Shown piece after piece: positions 46,630 through 61,270 of a stretch of 64,000 nt of DNA. This stretch comes from Eledone cirrhosa (lineage: Eukaryota): assembly GCA_964016885.1 (NCBI GenBank), contig OZ024764.1, positions 2,046,001 to 2,110,000 on the forward strand, read 5' to 3'. Each line of letters begins with the position of its first letter. Positions within the stretch are counted from its first letter, which is position 1. Below the pieces are notes generated by a model that did no database searches, had not been told where the DNA came from, and saw only the letters and a list, made by a program, of their open reading frames with translations. The position numbers were made by a program, and so were the translations under genes.

Positions 46630-49560
46630 GGAGGCACATGGCTTAGTGGTTAGAGCATTGGCCTTGCAATCGAAAGGTTGTGAGTTCAATTCTCAGGCCG
46701 GGTGATGTGTTGTTTCCTTGAGCAAGGCACTTTATGTCACATTGCTCCAGTTTACTCAGCTGTAGAAATGAGATGATAGGGACCCTCATTCCACTGCAAA
46801 GTGGTCGTGGAGGTGCCACGGCAAAAAAGCACCCAGCACTCACTGCAAAGTGGTCGTGGAGGTGCCACGGCAAAAAAGCACCCAGCACTCACTGTAAAGT
46901 GGTCGTGGAAGTGCCATGGCAAAAAAGCACCCAATACTCACTGTAAAGTGGTCGTGGAGGTGCCACGGCAAAAAAGCACCCAGCACCCACTGTAAAGTGG
47001 TCGTGGAGGGACCACGGCAAAAAAGCACCCAGCCCACACTGTAAAGTGGTCGTGGAGGTGCCACGGCAAAAAAAGCACCCAGCACCCACTGTAAAGTGGT
47101 CGTGGAGGTACCACGGCAAAAAAGCACCCAGCACCCACTGTAAAGTGGTCGTGGAGGTGCCACGGCAAAAAAGCACCCAGCCCACACTGTAAAGTGGTCG
47201 TGGAGGTGCCACGGCAAAAAAAGCACCCAGCACCCACTGTAAAGTGGTCGTGGAGGTACCACGGCAAAAAAGCACCCAGCCCACACTGTAAAGTAGTCGT
47301 GGAGGTGCCACAGCAAAAAAGCACCCAGCCCACACTGTAAAGTGGTCGTGGAGGTGCCACGGCAAAAAAAGCACCCAGCACCCACTGTAAAGTGGTCGTG
47401 GAGGTACCACGGCAAAAAAGCACCCAGCCCACACTGTAAAGTGGTCGTGGAGGTGCCACAGCAAAAAAGCACCCAGCCCACACTGTAAAGTGGTCGTGGA
47501 GGTGCCACGGCAAAGAAGCACCCAGCACTCACTGTAAAGTGGTCGTGGAGGTGCCACAGCAAAAAAGCACCCAGCACTCACTGTAAAGTGGTCGTGGAGG
47601 TGCCATGGCAAAAAAGCACCCAGCACCCACTGTAAATTGGTCGTGGAGGTGGCGCGGCAAAAAAGCACCCAGCACTCACTGTAAAGTAGTCGTGGAGGTG
47701 CCACGGCAAAAAAGCACCCAGCACTCACTGTAAAGTGGTCGTGGAGGTGGCACGTCAAAAAAGCACCCAGCACTCACTGTAAAGTGGTCGTGGAGATGCC
47801 GCGGCAAAAAAGCACCCAGCACTCAGTGTAAAGTGGTCGTGGAGGTGCCACGTCAAAAAAGCACCCAGCACTCACTGTAAAGTGGTCGTGGAGGTGCCAC
47901 GGCAAAAAAGCACCCAGCCCACACTGCAAAGTGGTCATGTAGGTGCCACGTCAAAAAAGCACCCAGCCCACACTGCAAAGTGGTCATGTAGGTGCCACGT
48001 CAAAAAAGCACCCAGCACTCACTGTAAAGTGGTTGTGGAGGTGCCACGGCAAAAAAGCAACCAGCACTCACTGTAAAGTGGTCGTGGAGGTGCCACGGCA
48101 AAGAAGCACCCAGCCCTCACTGTAAAGTGGTCGTGGAGGTACCACGGCAAAAAAGCACCCAGCCCACACTGTAAAGTAGTCGTGGAGGTGCCACAGCAAA
48201 AAAAGCACCCAGCCCACACTGTAAAGTGGTCGTGGAGGTGCCACAGCAAAAAAGCACCCAGCCCACACTGTAAAGTGGTTGTGGAGGTGCCACAGCAAAA
48301 AAGCACCCAGCCCACACTGTAAAGTGGTCGTGGAGGTGCCGCGGCAAAAAAGCACCCAGCACTCACTGTAAAGTGGTCGTGGAGGTGCCACGTCAAAAAA
48401 GCACCCAGCACTCACTGTAAAGTGGTCGTGGAGGTGCCACGGCAAAGAAGCACCCAGCCCTCACTGTAAAGTGGTCGTGGAGGTGCCACGGCAAAAAAGC
48501 ACCCAGCACTCACTGTAAAGTGGTCGTGGAGGTGTCACGGCAAAAAAGCACCCAGCACTCACTGTAAAGAGGTCGTGGAGATGCCACGGCAAAAAAGCAC
48601 CCAGCCCACACTGTAAAGTGGTCGTGGAGGTGCAACGGCAAAAAAGCAACCAGCACTCACTGTAAAGTGGTCGTGGAGGTGCTACGGCAAAGAAGCACCC
48701 AGCCCTCACTGTAAAGTGGTCATGGAGGTGCCACGGCAAAAAAGCACACAGCCCTCACTGTAAAGTGGTCGTGGAGATGCCACGGCAAAAAAGCACCCAG
48801 CCCACACTGTAAAGTGGTCGTGGAGGTGTCACGGCAAAAAAGCACCCAGCCCACACTGTAAAGCGGTCGTGGAGGTGCCACGGCAAAAAAGCACCCAGCA
48901 CTCACTGTAAAGCGGTCGTGGAGGTGCCACGGCAAAAAAGCAACCAGCACTCACTGTAAAGTGGTAGTGGAGGTGCCACGGCAAAAAAAGCACCCAGCAC
49001 TCACTGTAAAGTGGTAGTGGAGGTGCCACGGCAAAAAAAGCACCCAGCACTCACTGTAAAGCGGTCGTGGAGGTGCCATGGCAAAAAAGCAACCAGCACT
49101 CACTGTAAAGTGGTAGTGGAGGTGCCACGGCAAAAAGGCACCCAGCACTCACTGTAAAGTGGTAGTGGAGGTGCCACGGCAAAAAAAGCACCCAGCCCAC
49201 ACTGTAAAGTGGTCGTGGAGGTGCCATGGCAAAAAAGCACCCAGCCCACACTGTAAAGTGGTCGTGGAGGTGCCACGGCAAAAAAAGCACCCAGCACTCA
49301 CTGTAAAGCGGTCGTGGAGGTGCCATGGCAAAAAAGCACCCAGCCCACACTGTAAAGTGGTCGTGGAGGTGCCACGGCAAAAAAAGCACCCAGCCCACAC
49401 TGTAAAGTGGTCGTGGAGGTGCCACGGCAAAAAAGCACCCAGCACCCACTGTAAATGAGGTTGGTGTTAGGAAGGGCATCCAGCTGTAGAAATCAAGCCA
49501 GAATCAGTTCCCGTCCCACCCTTGCAAGCAGGGAAAACAAACGTAAATTGATGATGATGA
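46630..49560 (+). mobile_element. SINE family A with the internal 49-bp unit expanded ~54x (46792-49455)
   Basis: Intact tRNA head and core at 46630-46790 and intact 3' end and (GAT)n at 49456-49560 bracket the CACTGTAAAGTGGTCGTGGAGGTGCCACGGCAAAAAAGCACCCAG repeats. Confidence 0.96.
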
Positions 49561-50280
49561 GATATATATATATATATGTGTGTGTGTGACACCTTGGGAA
49601 AGGGGTGGAGAAAGTATTCCTGCATGGAGGGGGTGGGAGCCATATTTGGTCAATTTAGTTGAAGTGATTAGTTTAACTTATTAGATATCAACCCAGATCT
49701 AATAAACTTCGATGTGTGATAAACATATCATGTTGATATGTTGTAGCACATATACAGATGTGTGTTTTGGTGGTTGGGGGGGGGGGGGGGGGGGTAATTG
49801 TTGGAGGAGGGAGTATGTTCTACCTGGCCCACCACATTGACCTTAATGTCTGTGTGTCCCTGTCTGTGTTCATGTCTCTGTGTGTGTGTGTGTGTGTGTG
49901 TGTGTCTGTGTGTGTGTGTCTGTTTGTGTGTGTCTGTTTGTGTGTGTGTCTGTTTGTGTGTGTGTCTGTTTGTGTGTGTGTCTGTCTGTCTGTGTCTGTG
50001 TGTGTGTTTACATCTGTGTCTGTCTGTCTGTCTCTGTGTGTGTGTGTCTGTGTCTGTGTGTCTGTCTGTGTGTATGTGTGTATGTGTGTATGTGTGTTTG
50101 TGTGTGTATAGATGTGTGTGTATATGTGTGTATATATGTGTGTGTGTGTGCCTGTGTGTCTGTGTGTATATATGTGTGTGTGCCTGTGTGTCTGTGTGTA
50201 TATATGTGTGTGTGCCTGTGTGTCTGTGTGTATATATGTGTGTGTATCTGTGTGTATATATATGTGTGTGTGTGTGTGTG

Positions 50281-50315
<35 letters not shown>

Positions 50316-50452
50316 ATATATATATATATATGTGTGTGTGTGTATATATATATATATGTGTGTGTGTGTGATATATATATATATGTGTGTGTGTGTGATA
50401 TATATATATATATGTGTGTGTGTGTATATATATATATATGTGTGTGTGTGTG

Positions 50453-50615
<163 letters not shown>

Positions 50616-50887
50616 ATATATGTGTGTGTGTGTGTGTGACTATGTGTTATGTTTAAGAAAATAAACAAGGTTATAAAAACAAGCAAATGAAATAATTACT
50701 GGTTAGACAGGTTTGAGAGGGCAGCTGGTTGGTCCCTTCACCACCACCAACAGCACCAACACCATATATATATTGGAGCTCTGCCGTCGGGGTCATACTT
50801 TTTCTTATTTCCCACTCTACTACCCTAAGTATTGAGTACTCTGGTGCGTTATGGTCCACCTGGTTCCTTACCACATTTCCTTTGTTT

Positions 50888-50953
<66 letters not shown>

Positions 50954-50983
50954 CATATATTTATATATACACATACACACTCT

Positions 50984-51019
<36 letters not shown>

Positions 51020-51532
51020 CAATATGACCCTCCCCAGTATAATAATATATATATACACATATATATATATATTCACATACATACATATATATTTACACAC
51101 ACACACACATTTATATACATACATACATACAGATATATATATTCACATACATACATATATATTTACACACACACACATTTATATACATACATACATACAT
51201 ACAGATATATATATTCACATACATACATATATATTTACACACACACACATTTATATACATACATACACACATACATACATACACATATATACACATACAT
51301 ATGTATATTTACACACACACATACATGTATACACATACATATATACATACATATATATATTTACACACACACACATTTATATATATACATACATATATAC
51401 ATATATACACACGCACGTTTATATATATATATATATATATATATAGATATATATATTCATATAAATACATATAGACATACATACACATACATATATATAT
51501 ACATATAAATATATATATATATACACACACGC

Positions 51533-51589
<57 letters not shown>

Positions 51590-51912
51590 CATATACATAC
51601 ATATATACACACACGCATATATATATATATACATATACATACATATATATACATACATATACATACATATATACACACACACATATATATATATACATAT
51701 ACATACATATATATATACATACACATACATACACATATATATATACACACAGGCATATATATACATATATATATACATACATATACATACAAACAAACAC
51801 ATACATATATACATATATATACATACAATCACATACATACATATTTATATATGCATACATATACATACACATATATATACACACACGCATATATATACAT
51901 ATATATATATAT

Positions 51913-51953
<41 letters not shown>

Positions 51954-51992
51954 TATATACATATACATATATATATATACATACATACATAT

Positions 51993-52023
<31 letters not shown>

Positions 52024-52071
52024 CATACATACATATATACATACATATATATATATACATATATATATATA

Positions 52072-52465
52072 TGGTGGCTGCCAACTCGTTTTCGAGTACG
52101 GCCACTACTTTATATCCATGTAGGAGAACCCCTACCGATGCGCTGAACGAGTGACTTTTTAGTCCAGCCAGCGACTTGAAAGCTCTGGCACAAACACTAC
52201 ACTTGTGACAATTATTGACACATAGTGCTGGGCCCATGGTACCATGTGACGACAAGTGCAGAGAGATCTCCAGATATAAAGCAATGCCTGTGCCGTGAAG
52301 CTTTTATAGTGAGCAAAGGCACTGCACAAAGCCAGTCCCACTCTCTTAACCAAGATGATATTTACCAAAAAGAAGAACAAGTCAACATCATTGGATACCA
52401 TCAGGGTTGCAGGTGTTATATCAGAGTTTTCCTTCTCCTAGAATTCTGCCTTGACAAAGGCTAAG
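52072..52465 (-). mobile_element. RTE-like LINE 3' end
   Basis: [19 protein letters not shown] plus the same tail as 6212-6412. A tail-only relative is at 53945-53980. Confidence 0.65.
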
Positions 52466-52752
52466 GGGTCATCTCTCACGGTGATTTTGGATGGCCATTG
52501 ACTCATATACATACATACAGAAACACACCCAACTTTTACAAACCGTTATAAGTATTTACGGCAGGCAAAGTACACACACATACATACACACACACACAGA
52601 GAGACGCACACAGACAGACATACACGCACACACACACAGACATACACACACACATATATATATATACACACACACACAATATATATACGGTACACTGAAA
52701 ATTCGCGTCTCTCTCTCTCCAAGTTCTCTACATGCAAAATCTGAGATAACCA

Positions 52753-52829
<77 letters not shown>

Positions 52830-52830
52830 G

Positions 52831-52884
<54 letters not shown>

Positions 52885-53246
52885 ACTATATATATATATA
52901 TATATAACTATATATATATATAGTTATATAACTATATATATATATTTCGTTTCTGACCCTCCCAAAGTATATATATATAGTGATATATATATATATAATA
53001 TAATTATTTATATATATAATATAATTATCTCTATATATAACTATATATATATATATATAACTATATATATATATATATATATAACTATATATATATATAT
53101 ATATATATAACTATATATATAATATAATTATTTATATATATAATATAATTATCTCTATGTATAACTATATATATATATATATATATAACTATATATATAT
53201 ATATAATTAAATATATAACTATATAATTACACACACACACTCACTC

Positions 53247-53286
<40 letters not shown>

Positions 53287-53736
53287 TGTATGTTCAGAAG
53301 TTGATTGTACCGTCCACAACACCCGTATCTCACCCGGAATATTTGCGATATTTGTTCTACCAATTTACAATTTTTGGAATATACGTTTTCTTTTGGATAT
53401 ATATATATACTGTGTATATATATATATATATATATATACTGTATATATATATATACACACCAACGCACATATACATACATATACACCAACAGATATACAT
53501 ACACACACTCACACATATAGACCAACAAACATACACACACACATACATACACCAACATACCCTCACATAAATATATATATATATATATATATACATACAC
53601 ATATACACACCCACACATATACACACATATATATATATATATATATATGCATTCCCTCTCAAGGGATCTATTAACCGAATTTTCCAACTCATTTATAGCG
53701 ATCAACTATTATTTTAATTCTCTGCATTGTGACCAC

Positions 53737-53770
<34 letters not shown>

Positions 53771-53824
53771 CACACATACATATTTTTCTACTAAAAGTGT
53801 GAACAACTAGATTTGTTTGTCTAT

Positions 53825-53870
<46 letters not shown>

Positions 53871-53883
53871 TATTCAAGAAAGA

Positions 53884-53951
<68 letters not shown>

Positions 53952-54039
53952 TGCCCCCTCGTTATCGAGTATGGCCATTGCACGAGGAGAAAAAAAAATA
54001 TTAATAGATAAATAAAAAATTAAATTAAATAAAAAAAAA

Positions 54040-54074
<35 letters not shown>

Positions 54075-54356
54075 TACATATACATATATACATACACGCA
54101 TATACATTAATAACAATAATAATAATAACAATAATAATATACATATACATATACACACACACGCGCACACAAACATATCTATACACACACAGACACGATA
54201 GCAACTAACAATATATATATATACATACATACACACACACACATACATACACACACATATATAAATGTTCATATGAGCATGTTTGTATATATGTAGACAT
54301 ATGTAGATTTATGTCAATTTGTATAGCTATATTTATGAGCTTATTTACATAGTTAG

Positions 54357-54411
<55 letters not shown>

Positions 54412-54555
54412 CATACACTCTCGCATATATTTAATAAAATATTTATTTAACTAATTAAAAAGCAACCGGCAAATATCTCACATAAGAGACGGATGTTTAT
54501 AAAGGCAGATAGACAGACAGACAAATAGATATATTTCTTTACAAATAGACAGATA

Positions 54556-55868
54556 TATTTCTTTATTTGCCACAAGGGCGCACAAGAAAAGGGGACAATA
54601 CAAAGACATGCCGGGGATTTTACATACAGTCATATAAAAATATGAAACAAACGACTACAACAATCGAAATCCCCAATAGGGGGGAGACGCCACAAATGGG
54701 TTGTTTAATACCCCGTAGATAGAACAACCCTCAACTCCAGGAGCGTGTTGTGCAAGTGCCCCCTTCTTCCTTTTACTCTCTTCTTCAATTTACAGGTTTA
54801 TATACAGAGAAGGCCCAATCACTCGGGCCATTTTCGCTACATTCACCCACCTTTCAGTAAATTTACTGGGGCACCCTGATTCTTCTTCTAAAGTGGTACC
54901 TAAAGAAGGGCATGAGTTGTTGTCCGGAGAGAAAGGCATCTGTCCCCAGTCCTCTCAACCTCGTCCACCATATAACCTCTTTCACCATAACCACCGTACA
55001 GAGGAAAACCACCTCTCTTTCATTTTTGGATAGATAGCTAGATAGACAGTTAGAGAGATAGATAGACAGATAGATAGATATATATAGATATAGGTAGATA
55101 GATAGATAGATATCTTTCTTTATCTGCCACAGGGGCGTACAAAAGTGGGACATGACAAGACGTGACGGCAGGGTTTTACATAAAAATCATAGAACTTTAA
55201 CATTAATAAATAACAATAAACTATATATAATAAAATAACAATTGAAATCCCCAATAGCGGGGAACGTTACTGCAGGGTTGTTTTACACCCCGTGGATAGA
55301 ACAACCCTCAACACCAGGAACACGTTTTGTAGGTGTTCCCGTCTTCCCTCTGTTTATCTTTCTCAACCTACAGGTTTATATACACAGAAGGCCCATTCAA
55401 TCGGGCTATTTTAGCCACATTTACCCACCTTTCAGTGAATATACTGGGGTGTAGCACCTCTCTCTCCACTCTCACCTTCCTTCTGAAGTGGTACTTAAAG
55501 AAGGAGATGAGTTGTTGTCCGGAGAGAAAGGTGTTTGCCCTCAGTCCTTTTAACCTTGTCCACCATATTACCTCTTTCGCCATAGCCACCAGACAGAGCA
55601 AGGCTGCTTCTCCTTCTTTCTTATATGACAGACAGACAGACGGGCAGACAGACAGATAGATAGATAGATGTTATTAGCCACAAGGGCGCACAAGAAAAGG
55701 GGACAATACAAATACATGCCGGGGATTTTACATACAGTCGTGTAAAAAATATAAAAACAAACAATTACAACAATGGAAATCCCCAATAGGGGGGAGGCGC
55801 CACAAAACAACCCTCAACTCCAGGAGCGTGTTGTGCAAGTGCTCCTTTCTTCCTTTTGCTCTCTTCCG
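54556..55868 (-). mobile_element. Three 5'-truncated L1/Tx1-like LINE 3' ends separated by (GATA/GACA)n
   Basis: Copies at ~54556-55027, ~55113-55622 and ~55671-55868. Minus translation: AKEVIWWTRLKGL..FFKYHFRRKVRVEREVL..FTERW. 3' ends read GTGGC(A/T)(A/G)ATAA followed by TATC repeats. Confidence 0.7.
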
Positions 55869-56039
55869 AGATAGATAGATAGATAGATAGATAGATATAC
55901 ATACACGCATGTATATATATGTATATATATGTATAAGTTATACAAATATATGTACATGTAATATATAGATACATATATATATGTTTATCCCGGCTCCCGA
56001 ATGAAACAGTTCTAGTCCTGTAGAAGCCATTTCTGTATT

Positions 56040-56080
<41 letters not shown>

Positions 56081-56111
56081 CACACACACATTCCTTCATA
56101 CATATATATAC

Positions 56112-56176
<65 letters not shown>

Positions 56177-56297
56177 CACATATATACACACACACATACA
56201 CACACATATATACACATACACACACATATATATATATACACATACACACGCACATATATACACACACTCACACACACACATATACACGCTCACATAT

Positions 56298-56328
<31 letters not shown>

Positions 56329-57164
56329 CACACACATACTCCACACATATATACTCACTCACACACACACACATATATATATATACACACACACACACAC
56401 ATATATATACTCACACACACACATATATATACTCACACACACACATATATATACACACACACACACATATATATATATACACTCACACACACATATACAC
56501 ACACATATATATATACTCACTCACACACGCATATATATATACACATATATATATATACACATATATATATACACACACACATATATACACACACACACAT
56601 ATATACACACACACACATATATATACACACAGACACACATATATACACACACACACATACTCACATATATATATACTCACTCACACAGACATATATATAC
56701 ACACACACACATATATACACACATACTGACACACATACACACACATATATATATACACACACACACACATATATACACACACACACACATATATATATAC
56801 ACACACACACATGTCCGGCCAGAGTGCCAACCAGACCACGAAGTTATGACAATGACCAGTGTGACGTCACAGACCAGCTGACAACTACAACTTAAGTCTT
56901 TCTCAATGGTGAGCACCCACAGTTCTACACCCTCACATATATATACACATGTATATATACACATGGATATATAGCTATATATATATTACAGGGGTCATGG
57001 ATCTACCCTAGAGAGGGACTGTTACCCGAACCAAGGGAGAGGAGGTTGGTAATTTATAACTTTGGATTTACACACACACACATACACATACATACACACA
57101 TATACATATATACATATATATATATACACATACTATATATATATATATATATATATACACATTC

Positions 57165-57196
<32 letters not shown>

Positions 57197-57593
57197 ATAC
57201 ACACATACATATATATATACACACACACACACACATATATATATATACACATACATATATATATACATACACACACAGACATATATACATATACACACAT
57301 ACATATATATATACATATACATACACACATATACACACATATATATATACATACACATATATATACACACACACACACACATCCATATAATCATATATAT
57401 ATATATATATTTACACAAAACATATATATATATATACACACACACCCACGCATATATATACGCACACACACCCATATATATATATATACACACACACACA
57501 TATATATATACACACACATATATATATATATACGTATCTCTATAGGATACATACATATTTACAAATTAAATATAGATACATTTTTATACAAAC

Positions 57594-57761
<168 letters not shown>

Positions 57762-58031
57762 CATATATATTTACAAATAGATACATTTTTATACACACAC
57801 ATATATATACACATGTATATACATATGTAGCTAACAATACAAGTTATGTAAGGCCGGCAGATAAAAGGATTTCACAGGACAGCCTGTACGTGGTGTTGGA
57901 GAAGGCTGCTAGAAACAGCAGCTAAATATTCCCTCAACCTCTTAACTTTTCAAGATAAGACACTTTAGATAATATATATCCTGTTATACACCCCACTCTA
58001 TACACACATTTATACACCCCCACTTTCTCTC

Positions 58032-58129
<98 letters not shown>

Positions 58130-58996
58130 TCTATATCATATATATACACACACACACACACATTTATACCCCCCCACCACCACCACTCTCTCACTCTCTC
58201 TACACACACACATAAATCTTTCTCTCTCTCTCTATATATATACACATATCTATATATTTATATATATATACACACATTTATACACACACACACACACATA
58301 TATGGTTCTTATATATTTGATATATATTTACCCTTATCGAGCCCTCTTTCGATTTTAGTCTTCACATTTATTATTACTATTTGGCTCCCTCGGTTGAGCA
58401 CTCTATTGACATATACTCACACACACACACACACACATAAATCTTTCTCTATATATATACACATATCTATATATTTATATATATACACACATTTATACAT
58501 ACACACACACACACAAATCTTTCTCTATATATATACACATCTATATATTTATATATATACACACACACATATATATGGTTCTTATATATTTGATATATAT
58601 TTACCCTTATCGAGCCCTCTTTCGATTTTAGTCTTCACATTTATTATATTACTATTTGGCTCCCTCAGTTGAGCACTCTACTGACTTATATACATCATGC
58701 AGAAACAACATCTGAATATTTCTACAACGTTTTTTGAAATATCCTCTTCTGCGTTTACAGATTGACTTTGTTACTTTCAGAAGATCCCGTTAAGGGTGAA
58801 AGCAGCGATTCTTTGCTTAAACTTTAATCTGTTATTTTAATATATATATATATTATATTATATTATATATATATATATATATACACATGCACACTATTGC
58901 AGAGGGATGGCCGTAGTTGGAACGCCTATGATGATGTTAGGTTAGTGTCTGTCTGATCAACGCCGGGGTTAAACCGTTTCTTTTGTACACACTACT

Positions 58997-59700
58997 GCAC
59001 CACCACCACCACACCGCCACACACCGCTACTGCACCACCACACACCACCACACACCACTACACCACTACACACCACTACACCTCCATCACACACCACTAC
59101 ACACCACCACACAGCACTACACCTCCACTACACCACCACACACCACTACACCGCCACACCACCACACACCACCACACAGCACTAACACCACTACACCACC
59201 ACCACATACCACCACATACCACTACACACCACCACACAATACCACACACCACCACACACCACTACACACCACCACACACCACTACACACCACTACACACC
59301 ACCACACACAACCACACACCACTACACACCACCACTACACCACCACACACCACCACACACAACCACACACCACCACACACCACTACACCACCACCACACA
59401 CCACCACACACCACTACACACCACTACACACCACTACACACCACCACACACCACTACACACCACCACACACAACCACACACCACTACACACCACCACTAC
59501 ACACCACCACTACACCACCACACACCACAGGTATGTTGTGTAGTGTAGTGTTGTGAGGTATGTAGTGTTGTGAGGCGTGTAGTGTAGTGTGGTGTGGTGT
59601 GTTGTAGAGTGATGCGTTGTGAGGTGTGTTGTGCTGTGTTGTGAGTTGTGTGGTGGGGTGTTGTGGTATTGTGATGACTTCTTTAGTGTGGTGTGGTAGT
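58997..59700. repeat. (CACAC/CAC/TAC) low-complexity repeat that switches strand at ~59530
   Basis: CA-rich to 59529, then complementary GT-rich (GTGTAGTGT/GTGGTGT) sequence. Confidence 0.85.
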
Positions 59701-59729
59701 TAGTCAGTTGTGAGTGAGTGTATTTATAT

Positions 59730-59762
<33 letters not shown>

Positions 59763-59860
59763 CACACACACATATATATATATACACATATATGTGTGTA
59801 TACACATATATGTGTATAGTTTTATTGTTAGCATAGATACATAAAATATTTGATAGAGTC

Positions 59861-60380
59861 TAACACCACCACTAACACCACTACCACCACTACTACCAAC
59901 AATAACACCACTACCACCACCACTACTACCACTACCACCATTACCACCACTACTACCACCACTACCACCACTACTTCCACCACTACCAACAACAACACCA
60001 CTACTACCACTACCACCACTACTATCAACAATAACACCACTACTACTACTACCACCACTACCAACAACAACACCACTACCAACAACAACACCACTACTAC
60101 CACTACCACCACTACTACCAACAACAACACCACTACTACTACTACCACCACTACCAACAACACCACCACCACTACCTACCACTACTACCACCAACACCAC
60201 CGCCATCAACATTACAAACAACACCATCACCACCACCACTACCTCCACTACCATCACACCACCACCTCCGCCATCATCATTACAAACAACACCACCATCA
60301 GCACCACCACTACTACCACTACCATCACGCCACCACCACCACCACCACCATCCTCATCACAAACAACAACAACAACAACA
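59861..60380 (+). repeat. (ACC/ACT/AAC)n trinucleotide low-complexity tract directly upstream of the GPCR start
   Basis: Direct reading of the sequence. Confidence 0.9.
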
Positions 60381-60400
60381 TCAGCTGGACTGTGACAGAT

Positions 60401-61207
60401 ATGTCGATGGCGGAGGAGCTGCGGAAGGTGAGAGGTAGTCAGACGGCGGCGGCGGCGGCGTTGGCGGCGGCGGCGGCGGCCGTGGCAGCGGCGGCGGCAG
60501 ACGGCGGACACGTTTCCATGGAGATCACGTCGCCGTCCTCGCCGCCGCCTTCGCCTTCCACGTCGCCCACCTCACCTTCCTCCCCGCCGCCGTCCGGCTC
60601 GGCAACGACGTCGGCGTTCCCTACGTCGATCCCGGCCGACGGCGAGCCTAGCTACATCGCGCTGGAGGTGGCCGTCGCCGTGGCAACGATCGTTGGCAAC
60701 ATGTTTGTGCTGATGGTGTTCGTGAGGTTCGCATCCCTGCGGACACCTTCTAACTACTACATCATGTCGCTGGCAGTGGCCGACTTCCTCGTGGGCCTGC
60801 TGGCCATCCCGTTCGCCATCTTGGGCCACGTCGGCCTCCCCAAGGACTTCAATGTCTGCCTCTTCATGAACTCCCTCCTTATGCTGCTCTGCACGGCCTC
60901 AATCCTATCCCTGGTCGCCCTAACTGTCGACAGGTACTGGGCCATCTTCAAGCCCTTCCACTACAAACGCTCGGTCAACAAACGTACCTCGGCTGTCGTC
61001 ATTTGCAGCTCTTGGATCCTATCTACCCTCATCGGACTAATACCAGTGTTTGGCTGGAATAAAGGCCGTCCGAAGCAGCCAAGATGTTTTTTCCTCGAAG
61101 TTATGGATCTACACTATCTGCTCTTCATCTACGTGGTCACCATTCTTATCCCGTCTTTCTTCATCATTGCTGTCTACCTTATGATATACAGAACTGTCCG
61201 GAGACAC
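60401..61207 (+). CDS. Adenosine-receptor-like class A GPCR, coding exon for N-terminus to TM5 (partial)
   Basis: YIALEVAVAVATIVGN (TM1 YxxxE..GN), NYYIMSLAVADFLVGLLAIPFAI (TM2), CLF..DRYWAI (TM3), W..IGLIPVFGWN (TM4), CFFLEVMD..Y (ECL2) and TM5 P..Y. All resemble A2A/Drosophila AdoR. ATG at 60401 (alternative 60407); phase-0 donor CAC|GTGAGT at 61207/61208. Confidence 0.93.
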
Positions 61208-61270
61208 GTGAGTACCGAAACCACTTTCCTTTGTGTAATTTAGCTGTATGATATTATTATTATTGTTTTT

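Noticed and set aside
20065-46700. tRNA genes at GGCTTAGTGGTTAGAGC...GAGTTCAATTC
   Set aside because: These are SINE heads: the stems are degenerate and each runs into the same SINE core.
46643-49479. Overlapping W/H/C-rich ORFs
   Set aside because: Frame-rotating translations of the 49-bp SINE array.
59850-60395. Thr-rich mucin-like ORF (and Gly/Val-rich antisense ORFs)
   Set aside because: Trinucleotide low-complexity sequence, non-ATG start on plus, and a different frame from the GPCR.
61208-61243. GPCR C-terminus VSTETTFLCVI*
   Set aside because: Intron read-through after a consensus GTGAGT donor; TM6-7 are missing.
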